Source of the DNA: Leucoraja erinacea
Lineage: Eukaryota
Direction of reading: 5' to 3'
DNA length: 64,000 nt
Assembly: GCF_028641065.1 (NCBI RefSeq)
Contig: NC_073407.1
Coordinates: 28,024,001 to 28,088,000 of the forward strand
In this document: piece by piece, positions 1 to 10,154 of the stretch
Position numbering within the stretch: position 1 is the first letter of the stretch
How the letters are laid out: each line of letters opens with the position of its first letter
The notes under the pieces: generated by a model
Database searches by the model: none
Told to the model about the DNA's origin: nothing
Seen by the model: the letters and a program-made list of their open reading frames with translations, nothing else
Made by a program: the position numbers and the translations under genes

Positions 1-1532
1 TTACCTGTTCATAAATAGACTTGTATATCATTATTAACTGTTTCATATACTTTTTAAATTCTAATCGGTAACTGTTCCAAACTCGGTCCCTTGCAGGAAC
101 TTCTCCATTGTGTCACCTGCTGGTTAGTTTGCATGCAACATTTCTTCAGTGCCAATGGCAGAGCATTACACAAATCTTATTTATTTTAACCTTCAATGTT
201 CCATTTATTCTTTTCATCAAATGAAAACAATCCGTTGTCAAAGCTGATTTCTGTAGGTTTACCAAACCTCTTAATTACCTTATTCAACATAAACGACACT
301 ACAGTGCTCATACCTAAATCGATTCAGACTTACCCTGGACATCTCTTCCAGATGCTGTTTCAGCTGCTTTGTCTGCATTTTAATTTAACTTCTTTGACAT
401 GTACTTTTTCCATTTCACCATACAATTTCAAAATTCCCAATCTAGTCTGAACTATATCCTACCTTTCCCAAGGTCATCATCTGCTGTCTTATATTCTGAA
501 GTATTTCTCTCTCTTCACTTGTGGAACAAACCAACAAATTGTCCACATCAACAAATACTTTCTAAGGGTATACCATATAACCATATATCGAACCTGCCTC
601 CACCACCTTCACTGGAAGCTCATTCCACACAGCTACCACTCTCTGAGTAAAGAAGTTCCCCCTCAACTTTCAACTCTGCCTTTCCCATCTAATTAAAAAA
701 ACCTACCTCATCCTGGCCTTTCTTGACATCCTTCCTTAAATCCCTTTCTCTCTCTTGGGGACCCCAGTCCAGTTAGGGCTTATAATCTCCAGATTAATTT
801 CACTCCTGATAGGACTTTGAGGAAAAGTTCCCCAAGACATGTATTATTGGCATGTAATTCTCTGGCCCCGCTTGGTTCCCTCATAGGACTCACTTGTGTC
901 AGTTCATCACTTATTTCAGTCTTTTCAACCAGGGGCTTTGTTCATTGACATTGACCGCAGAGACCAACTGTTTGCTGAATCGGGGGTTGGAAATAAATGA
1001 CAATCCCACCACCTCCTTCAATTCTGCTTGACTTTAAGAAGAATGACTTCCACCACAATAGTTCATAATATAATGTCCACATGCCTTCTTTTTCTTGTTC
1101 ATTTTCAACTCTCCACCTTTTCATTCCCCTTTGTTCCTTGGGGTTCACCTTAAGTGGGTAACATTTGCTGAGGGGCCTGCATACCCTCGGTCATGACGGC
1201 ATCCAACCAGAAGAAGATGGCAGAAGATGGCGCTGTAGCCGGTAAGTTTGTGAGCGGCGGCCATGTTTGTAGTCTTTTGTCGGCCCGGTTGTAACAATTT
1301 ACATCATCTTTATCTGACACTTAGTGGTTCCCACTACTTTTACCAATGGTGCCTTCAAATCTTTCATGGCCAATAATCGTCCCACGTTCTCCTCCTCCAA
1401 AGCCCTAATCCATTTCCTTCCCCATCAGGGATATAGGGTGAAGCATTTTTATTTATTATTTATTTTATTTTTTTTTTTTTTTTTTTTTTTTAGCCCTCTC
1501 AGTTTATGGGTGCCCCAAGGGATAATCTGTCA

Positions 1533-2371
1533 NNNNNNNNNNNNNNNNNNNNNNNNNNNNNNNNNNNNNNNNNNNNNNNNNNNNNNNNNNNNNNNNNNNN
1601 NNNNNNNNNNNNNNNNNNNNNNNNNNNNNNNNNNNNNNNNNNNNNNNNNNNNNNNNNNNNNNNNNNNNNNNNNNNNNNNNNNNNNNNNNNNNNNNNNNNN
1701 NNNNNNNNNNNNNNNNNNNNNNNNNNNNNNNNNNNNNNNNNNNNNNNNNNNNNNNNNNNNNNNNNNNNNNNNNNNNNNNNNNNNNNNNNNNNNNNNNNNN
1801 NNNNNNNNNNNNNNNNNNNNNNNNNNNNNNNNNNNNNNNNNNNNNNNNNNNNNNNNNNNNNNNNNNNNNNNNNNNNNNNNNNNNNNNNNNNNNNNNNNNN
1901 NNNNNNNNNNNNNNNNNNNNNNNNNNNNNNNNNNNNNNNNNNNNNNNNNNNNNNNNNNNNNNNNNNNNNNNNNNNNNNNNNNNNNNNNNNNNNNNNNNNN
2001 NNNNNNNNNNNNNNNNNNNNNNNNNNNNNNNNNNNNNNNNNNNNNNNNNNNNNNNNNNNNNNNNNNNNNNNNNNNNNNNNNNNNNNNNNNNNNNNNNNNN
2101 NNNNNNNNNNNNNNNNNNNNNNNNNNNNNNNNNNNNNNNNNNNNNNNNNNNNNNNNNNNNNNNNNNNNNNNNNNNNNNNNNNNNNNNNNNNNNNNNNNNN
2201 NNNNNNNNNNNNNNNNNNNNNNNNNNNNNNNNNNNNNNNNNNNNNNNNNNNNNNNNNNNNNNNNNNNNNNNNNNNNNNNNNNNNNNNNNNNNNNNNNNNN
2301 NNNNNNNNNNNNNNNNNNNNNNNNNNNNNNNNNNNNNNNNNNNNNNNNNNNNNNNNNNNNNNNNNNNNNNN
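1533..2371. other. Assembly gap (N run)
   Basis: Run of N. Confidence 1.
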
Positions 2372-2840
2372 GCCATTCGGCCCTGCGAGCCTGCACCGCC
2401 ATCCAATATGATCATGGCTGATCATCCAACAGTATCCTGTACCTGCCTTCTCTCCATACCCTCTGATCCCCTCAGCCACAAGGGCCACATCTAACTCCCT
2501 CTTAAATATAGCCAATGAACTGGCCTCAACTACCCTCTGTGGCAGAGAGTTCCAGAGATTCACCACTCTCTGTGTGAAAAAAAGTTCTTCTCATCTCGGT
2601 TTAAAGGATTTCCCCCTTATCCTTAAGCTGTGACCCCTTGTCCTGGACTTCCCCAACATCGGGAACAATCTTCCTGCATTTAGCCTATCCAACCCCTTAA
2701 GAATTTTGTAAGTTTCTATAAGATCCCCTCTCAATCTCCTAAATTCAATCTCCTAAATTCTAGAGAGTATAAACCAAGTCTATCCAGTCTTCCTTCATAA
2801 GACAGTCCTGACATCCCAGGAATCAGTCTGGTGAACCGTC
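2372..2840 (-). mobile_element. CR1-type LINE 3' fragment
   Basis: [32 protein letters not shown] and VVNLWNSLPQRVVEA, typical CR1 ORF2 C-terminus plus 3' UTR. Confidence 0.9.
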
Positions 2841-4249
2841 TGTATCTCTGTGCCTGGCTCTCTCTCTCTCTCTCTGTCTGTATCTCTGTGTCTCGGTGTC
2901 TGTATCTCTCTCTCTCTCTCTGTTTCTCAACTTGAATGTCTACCATAAAACAACAAACCATAAAAGCTGGTCATGTTTCATCAATTAACTTATTTCCAAT
3001 TATTTCAATCCATATTCACCATTATTTTAAATGTCCAATTCCTAACACTAGATACAATTTTCCAAATTAACTTTACTGACAAGAAATCTAAAAGAACATC
3101 AAGAAACGATTAAAAGAAAATCAAAAGCTGATTTTTACAACTTCCCTTTTTCAGGTTACGAGGATACAAAGAGTTAATTGTACAGCTTGTTCGCAATCCA
3201 ATTTGAACTACAGTGGAAATACTCGCTCCCGCCACTGTGTTCAATTTTACAACTTGCTCATTCCAACCTTTCATCTTACAACCATTCGTTCCAAACCGGT
3301 TTTTACATACAAATCACATTCGTTCCGTTCTTACTTCAAATAGATTATTCATTTTATATTTTCTCCTTGTCCTGCACTGTTGTCCCTGGCCTTTGCCGTC
3401 TTCTTATCTGCTAATTTCGGGAGTAACTCCCTCATCATCCTGTCTCTCTCTGTTCCTTATTTGCTGTTTTTTCTACTGCCTGCAACATAATCTTTACTAC
3501 TTGTTTTTCACTTCTGTGAAAAGGAATTGATCTAACTGTTCTTGTCAGACCTAAAGAATCTTCAAGGAGGCTATTTAACAAACCCCCTTCCCCCTCAGGG
3601 TCCTCTCCTAGGTACCTCCCTCGGGGGTCTAATTTCAACCGAACTTATCTTCCCCTTCTGCCCTTTGACTCCCCGTCCTGTTGGCCGGGTGATTTTCGTC
3701 CACCCCGGCCCCTGTCTCTCTTTCCTTTGGGTATTTTGGCCCCCTCCGGCTCTGCATTTGTCCCAACGGACTATACCTTATCATTGTTGGCTTCTCCAAC
3801 CCCTGGGAATTTCCTGCCCTCCAGGGTCCAGCATTTGCCCCAACGGACTATTGGGCAGAATGCGGGGATTTGGCCCACAGCCTTTTCCCCTCCCTTTTTC
3901 TAAACACCGTGTTTAATTACCTTATTTATCATCATCATATTCTTAATACCATGTTCATCATATTCTCAATACAGTGTTCATCATACCTGCCTTGCCCGTA
4001 CAAGGTCTTTCCACAATCGCCCAGGAAGTACTTTATTAGTCATTGTTCCTACCTGGGTTCTGTGCACAGAAATTGCTCGATTGATTTTTCACGATTTCCA
4101 ACTACTCCCACTTCTTTGCCGAGTCTCTGTGTGGTCCGGATACTACTGCTTAAACAGCTGATGGCAAGCAAGGAGTCTGAGACTGCTGAACTCAGCAGGG
4201 TGCACCTTCCCTTTGTCCGTCTACTCCCGTCAGCTGTCTAGAGTATTGG

Positions 4250-4268
4250 ATCTCGGAACGAGCCCCCA
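4250..4268 (-). other. tRNA-Pro primer binding site
   Basis: TGGGGGCTCGTTCCGAGAT versus the MLV-type Pro PBS TGGGGGCTCGTCCGGGAT; 3 nt after a CA LTR-like end. Confidence 0.75.
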
Positions 4269-4639
4269 AGTTGTGAGATTCAAAAATCACAAATGCTCTT
4301 GAGACAAATTCAGACAAAGAAGTGTTTTTATTAATTTCATATTCTGCAGAATAGGTGTCTCTCCTCTGATGTCCCCTGGAGGCACAAAGAAAATGGAGAT
4401 GCTTTCTATCTTTATACCCTTCTTCACTGTGGTCACTACCTCAGGTCTCCCCATCGAGTTTCGTCCAATCATAACATAAAGCCCACATTCACACGAGAAA
4501 GTCCAGGAATGTCTCGGACCATTTCCTGACGTCAAGACTCCCAAGGCCTTCTGCTGAAGTTGTTATCTGTTTGCTAGTATAATTCAATCATCTTTTCTAG
4601 AATTTCTCTCTGTTGTATATTGTTACTTTATTCTACTAG

Positions 4640-4885
4640 CAGTCTGTCCCTCTCCAAAGCCCCCACATCCTGTAATGGGGGCGACCAGAACTACACGCAA
4701 TAATCCAATGTGGCCTGACCAAAGTGCTATAAAGCTGCATCTTGACTTCCTGACTCTTATATTCAATGTCCCTAGCAATGAAGGCAAGCATGCTGTACGC
4801 CTTCTCTATCACCCTGTCTACGCGTGCTGCCACCTTCAGTGAGTTATGAACTTGGCTCTCAGATTGCTCCAGTGTCTGGCAATGC
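4640..4885 (-). mobile_element. CR1-type LINE fragment
   Basis: KAYSMLAFIARDIEYKSQEVKMQLYSTLVRPH. Confidence 0.8.
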
Positions 4886-5157
4886 CCTGCACTGTTCACG
4901 TGATAGGAACAGAATTAGGCCATTCATTAATTTACAAGCCTCTAAATCACGCTGGAGACCCTCCCCAAAATGCTGTGTTCAGTTGTGTACTTTCACCAGC
5001 TTATGGATCCAATTAAAATTATGATTTGTGTTACTGGAAACAAATATCTAGAGAGGATTCAACTTTCTAGGAATGCCATAATACAAATGAACTCTGTAGA
5101 CATGTGAAGAGAGTCTTTGGGCATTTACCAATGTTGTTGTGGTGTTGTCTTGCACAG

Positions 5158-5251
5158 ATCTCTCTACCACCTCAGCCGCTTGGCTGTTCCTCACCTCATC
5201 CACAGCAAGGGCTGCATTGTTAACGTGTCCAGTGTCAATGGTCAGCGCTCG
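5158..5251 (+). CDS. SDR exon
   Basis: [31 protein letters not shown]; cag/gtgagt. Confidence 0.9.
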
Positions 5252-8200
5252 GTGAGTAGAGAGGCTGACCTGTTCATGCTTAGCTTCATAGCCCAGTAAT
5301 CAGGGCAGCATTGTGGAAACAAGGGACTGCAGATCCTCCAATGCCCCAATGACAGATACTCAGTGCTCGAGTGACTGTCTGAAGAGGGTTCTCACCCGAA
5401 ACATCATCCATCTTGTTTCTACAGAGATGCTGCCTGACCTGATGAGTTACACCAGCACTCTGTGTGTGATGGGAGTGCAATACCTCTCCACTGAGAGGCC
5501 CAGAGCGTTGGTGAATCTGCAGTTCCACTCTGTGCTGACAGCTCCAGCTCCAGCCTCTAACTCGATCTCCTGCTCCCTTGATCTCTGCATTCTTCAGTTA
5601 TCACATGTGTCTTCCCCGAGCTGCTGGGCCGCACACACACAGCCAGTGGGGGTGAGGGCTCTAGTGGAGGAGCTGGGGGGATGCAGGGGGAGGGGTGGTG
5701 GGCAGGCCCAGTGTCCCATTGCCCCTTGTGCATGGCCACCGGCAGGGGGTAGTTGGTGGTCTGTGGGCAGGTGGGCAGTGGGTGGTCTGTGGGTGGTCTG
5801 TGGGCAGTGGGTGGTCTGTGGGCGGGTAGGCAGGTGGGCAGTGGATGGGGGGTACTCACTGCTGTATTCCTGCCCCCACAGTTCCCGGGCATGCTGGTGG
5901 GGATGGGTTAGGGTCAGGAGTAGGGTCAGTTTTGGGCTCACTGCTGTTTTCCCACCCCCACAGTTTCCGGGTGTGCTGGCCTACTGCATATCGAAGGCAG
6001 CGGTGGATCAGTTCACACGGTGCCTGGCCCTCGGTGAGTGCGGCATCACCACCCCCCCCCTCTGGGGAAAGGACAGCACCCACAGCACCCCACAAACACA
6101 GCACCCCATAAACACAGCACCCACAGCACCCCATAAACACAGCACCCCATAAACACAGCACCCACAGCACCCCATAAACACAGCACCCCATAAACACAGC
6201 ACCCACAGCACCCCACAATGACAGTGGTCCCGTCCATGGTCGGTGCATCATGTACACAGACAGACACCCCACGGTCCGGCCATTTCACTCACCCATCCAG
6301 ATCCATCTGTCATTCAATTTGCTAAACTCACCTCCAAGATCACCGGCCACTTTTCTGGATGAAACCTCATTTGTCAGCTTTCCCTGCCCACTCTCCATCC
6401 CATTGATAGGTCCCTGTGGCCCAACACAGATACCTACACTGCCCAGTCCTGCATCGCCTGCAGCCCTGTGATGATGCTCTAGCATGAAGCTTTCGTGGTG
6501 ACTGGATGTTGGAGCGATCTAACCACCACCGCCCTCTCTAGCCAGAGGTACCTCTTTGCCCTGAGACCCACTGAGACCCACAGAGGTACCTCTCTGCCCT
6601 GGCATTGCTGAGACCAGCCAGCCCTGTGGGATCTGGGTAGTATTGCTCAGGTCCACATAGAGGACACTAAATCACCACCTCTCCCCGTGACCTGACCATG
6701 TGATGCAGACTGCAGCAGCCGTGGAATGTTCTGGCATGTTCTAGAATCCTAGGGTCAACACGGGGATGGTCAAGGGTTTCTCTGTCCCCCGGCCCCTCCC
6801 CCCGCTACCCACACACAGCGAGCTGGGATCTGGGATGCGCGGTGATACGGGAATGTGTGTGAGCCCCAGACTGACCCACGACCTCTCCCACAGACCTGGC
6901 GCCCAAGGAGGTTCGGGTGAACGCTGTCAGGTGAGTCGTGCAGAGTCATTGTCCTCCCACTTCCACCTCCCTGGACATTACTGTCCCTCGACCCACTCAC
7001 TCCTGTCATCTCCTTTGGCCTCCAGTAGCCTCAGGTGTGTGAGTGTGAGCGGGAATGTACACCTGTGAGTGGGAGTGAGTGTGAGCGCACACACGTGAGT
7101 GTCAGTGAGTGTGAGCATGAGCGTACATCTGTGAGTGTGAGCGTACACATGCGGGTGAGTGTGAGCATACACCTGTGTGAGCGTACACTGTGATCCTGAA
7201 CAGTGAATGCTCAGGCTATTTGACTGCAGAGGGCAGTGTGGGGCAGAATCCAGCCAGCTCCACATCAGCTGCACCTCCCCGCCCCCCCCTCCCACACCCC
7301 ATCACTCTGTGTGTCACCCTTCCCGACCCCCTCTCCGTCCGTCCCCCCCTCTCCCCGCCCCCCTCTCACTGCCCCTCCTCCCCGCTCCCCCCTCTCCCCG
7401 CCCCCCCCACTCCCCCCGCCCCCCCCCTCCCCCCCCCCCCCCCCCCCCTCCCCCCCCCCCCCCACCCCCCCCCCACCCCCCCCCCTCCCCTCACCCCACC
7501 CCCCCCCCTCACCCCCCCCGCCCCCCCCCTCCCCCCCCCCCCCCTTCTCTCCCCCCCCCCCCACCATCCCACCCCCCCCCCCCCCTCTCCCCCGCCCCCC
7601 CCCTCACCCCCGCCCCCTCTCCCCCGCCCCCCCTCTCCCCTCTCCCCCCCCCCTCTCCCCGCCCCCCCACCCCCCGACCCTCTCCCGCCCTCTCCCCCCC
7701 CCCTCTCACTGCCCCCCCTCTCACGCCCCCCCTCTCACCGCCCCCTCATCACTCTGTGTGTCACTCTCTCCTCTCCAGCCCAGGAGTGATCGTCACAGAT
7801 ATCCACAAACGGGCTGGGCTGAACGAGGGCGACTACGCCAAGGTGAGTGACCTGCGTGTGGGGTTAGGGGTCAGTGTATGGGGTCAGGGGTCAGTGTATG
7901 GGGTCAGGGGTCAGTGTCGATGGGCCAGGGGTCAGTGTGAGGTCAGGGGTCAGTTTGTGGGGTCAGAGGTCAGTGTCGGACAGGAAGAGGGTGATCCCAC
8001 TGGAGGGGTGATTTTGGATGGGAAGGCGCGATGTCAGGGGTGCTAATTCCCATGGGGGGGGGACGTTTTGACGGCAGATGGTGATTTTGGGCAGTGGGGG
8101 CGGTGTGGAAGGGGTGCTGGTTTTGACCTAGTGGGTGATTTACCATGGGGGGGGGGGAGGGGTGTTTTAGGATGGGGATGTTTTGACGGTAGAGGGTGTC

Positions 8201-8385
8201 GGTTCTGACTACGTCTCTCCCTGCAGTTCCTGAACAAGTGCAAGGTGACACACGCACTGGGCCGGCCGGGGCAGGTGCAGGAGGTCGCCCAGGCCATTGC
8301 CTTCCTGGCCTCCGATGCAGCCTCCTTCATCACCGGCGTCACCCTGCCTGTGGATGGAGGCCGCCACGCCATGTGTCCACGCTGA
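5158..8385 (+). CDS. Classical short-chain dehydrogenase/reductase (3-oxoacyl-ACP reductase FabG-like), 3' part; 5' exons lie outside the window
   Basis: Exons 5158-5251, 5964-6033, 6894-6930, 7779-7842, 8227-8385; all GT-AG and phase-compatible. Peptide has IVNVSS, catalytic YCISK (YxxxK), VRVNAVSPG and C-terminal [19 protein letters not shown]. Confidence 0.93.
5964..6033 (+). CDS. SDR exon (catalytic YxxxK)
   Basis: [23 protein letters not shown]. Confidence 0.92.
6073..6216. repeat. Minisatellite (ACAGCACCCCATAAAC / ACAGCACCC)
   Basis: Tandem units visible. Confidence 0.85.
6894..6930 (+). CDS. SDR exon
   Basis: (D)[11 protein letters not shown](S). Confidence 0.9.
7275..7770. repeat. 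Poly-C low-complexity tract
   Basis: C runs, flanked on both sides by CATCACTCTGTGTGTCAC. Confidence 0.9.
7779..7842 (+). CDS. SDR exon
   Basis: [21 protein letters not shown]. Confidence 0.9.
8227..8385 (+). CDS. SDR last coding exon
   Basis: [52 protein letters not shown]. Confidence 0.93.
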   Translation, partial: FLNKCKVTHALGRPGQVQEVAQAIAFLASDAASFITGVTLPVDGGRHAMCPR

Positions 8386-8571
8386 GGCCACGGCCACGCT
8401 GGCCCCGGCCCTGGTCACTCCCGGTCACTCCCGGTCACTCCGGGGCCAGTCCCAGTCACTCCCCGCCACTCTGGGGCCACTCTGGGGGACTCGGCCACTA
8501 GGGACACCGCTCCAAAGCCAGGCCGGGGAGAGAGGACAGAGACGGCATGACTACCCCATCCCCCCAACCAC

Positions 8572-8577
8572 AATAAA
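8572..8577 (+). terminator. Polyadenylation signal of the SDR gene
   Basis: AATAAA ~190 nt after the stop codon. Confidence 0.7.
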
Positions 8578-9014
8578 CTTAACACTGCCTGCTGAGACTG
8601 GTCTGCTCATTTCACTGCTGCGTAAGTGTGCACACGTGATCACATTCCTGTCCCGCCCCTTCCCCACACCCTCTACCCCCTTTACTCCCCACAGCCTCTG
8701 CTTTACCCCCATCCTCCGGGGCTCGCAGTCTGGCCCATGAGCCCTGGGTCTCTCAGCCCCACTTGCTGGTCCCGGGCCCCTGCACCCTGCTGTCTCACTC
8801 CTCACATCTATTCCATATACCTCTCTCTGACGTTGCCTCTTTGTTCCATGTTACTGACCCTGCCTCTATCGGTCTGATCCCTGGTCTATTACAATGTGCC
8901 CCTCACACCACACTCTCTTGCATGCCACACTTTGTTCTTTTGCTCCCACAACGACACATTTTACAGCGTTAGGGGTGGTATTGCTGTCACAGTGCCAGCA
9001 GTATTCACTGATCT

Positions 9015-9350
9015 ATGTAGATGGGGCATGTTGGTCGGTGGGGACAAGTTGGGCTGAAGGGCCTGTTTTTGTGACTAGTGTAGATGGGGCATGTTGGTCG
9101 GTGGGGACAAGTTGGGCTGAAGGGCCTGTTTCTGTGCCTCTGTGACTAGTGTAGATGGGGCATGTTGGTCGGTGGGGACAAGTTGGGCTGAAGGGCCTAT
9201 TTCTGTGACTCTGTGACTAGTGTAGATGGGGCATGTTGGTCGGTGGGGGCAAGTTGGGCTGAAGGGCCTGTTTCTGTGACTGTGACTAGTGTAGATGGGG
9301 CATGTTGGTCGGTGTGGGCAAGGTGGGCTGAAGGGCCAGTTTCCACGCTG
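9015..9350 (+). repeat. ~62-72 bp tandem repeat x5, derived from a LINE/SINE 3' end
   Basis: Unit GTGACTAGTGTAGATGGGGCATGTTGGTCGGTGGGGACAAGTTGGGCTGAAGGGCCTGTTTCT. Confidence 0.85.
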
Positions 9351-9724
9351 CATGCCCCAACCCTAATGCTTCTATGATTGTTGGTGTACCAGCCACACAA
9401 GCAGACCAATTCTACTTGCTTCAAACCGACTGAAATCTAACCTGCACTTGTTCAAAAGCAAAAGAATAAGCAGAGGCTGGAAATGTGATCTGATAAAAGA
9501 AACTCTGGGCAGGCAATGTAATGTTTGTGGCCAGTGCCCCTTCAACAGAACTGTGAAGGTTAGAAATAAGTTTCAAGTTGCAGAGAAGGGGTGGAAGTGG
9601 AGGAAACAGGAGAGGTCTGTGATGGAGACCTTTGATAAATTGTCACATGAAATGTTAGTGGGCAGGAAAGTGGCCCTGTGGCACTCCTGGTGCAGCAACG
9701 GGTAAGGTGGTGGGGAATCCGGGA

Positions 9725-10030
9725 CCAGTTTTTAGTTTAGTTTTGAGATACAGCGCAGAAACAGGCCCTTCGGCCCCCGAGTCCGTGCCGCCCACTGATC
9801 CCCGCACACTAACACTGTCCCACACACACTGGGGACAATTTACAGTTACACCAAGCCAATTAAGCGACAAACCCGCACGTCTTTGGAATGTGGGAGGCAA
9901 CCGGAACACCCAGAGAAAAACCCACCCGTTCAGAGGGGGAGCGTGCAAACTCCACACAGACAGCGGCCGCGGCCGGGATCGAACCCTCGTCTCCGCGGTA
10001 TCTCCACCGCAGCGCCACCGTGCGGCCACG
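9725..10030 (-). mobile_element. tRNA-derived SINE (HE1/V-SINE-like)
   Basis: Minus strand: GGTTCGATCCC B-box-like motif, TGTGTGGAGTTTGCACG...CTCCCACATTCCAAAGACGTGCGGG core, CR1-like tail ending (CTAAAA)n; homologous copy at ~45090-45330. Confidence 0.8.
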
Positions 10031-10039
10031 AACAGCCAC

Positions 10040-10105
10040 AGCGGGTCGCACGTCACGGGGTGGAGCCCGTGACGTCAGGCGGCGTGACGTTACTCGCAGG
10101 GCGTA
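10040..10105 (+). promoter_or_regulatory. COQ4 proximal promoter with CRE/ATF sites
   Basis: Perfect TGACGTCA at 10070-10077 plus CACGTCAC and TGACGTTA; CpG-rich; directly before the ATG. Confidence 0.6.
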
Positions 10106-10154
10106 ATGGCGGGCGCGGTGCGGACGTTGTGGGCCCGAACTTACCCGCGCTCCG
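10106..10154 (+). CDS. COQ4: COQ4 exon 1 (transit peptide); alternative same-phase donor at 10184
   Basis: [16 protein letters not shown], Arg-rich; donor G/GTATGG, phase 1 as exon 2 requires. Confidence 0.75.

Larger units (their letters stand above)
1..4630 (-). mobile_element. Degenerate endogenous retrovirus / LTR retroelement (LTR remnant, tRNA-Pro PBS, gag- and integrase-like remnants), interrupted by an N gap and CR1 pieces
   Basis: Minus strand: TATAAA 4416-4411, AATAAA 4332-4327, LTR-like end ...CTCACA at 4272, PBS TGGGGGCTCGTTCCGAGAT 4268-4250. Gag-like peptides PNSPLGQML (~3855-3829) and KWIRALEEENVGRLLAMKDLKAPLVKVV (~1416-1334). Integrase-like TVVSFMLNKVIKRFGKPTEISFDNG (~311-231) and NALPLALKK. 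Confidence 0.7.

Noticed and set aside
1324-2566. 290-365 aa ORFs
   Set aside because: They span the N gap and are mostly X.
7190-8046. Polyproline extensin/formin-like ORFs (also 35141-35584, 59632-60114, 63241-63984)
   Set aside because: Poly-C/G low-complexity intronic tracts.
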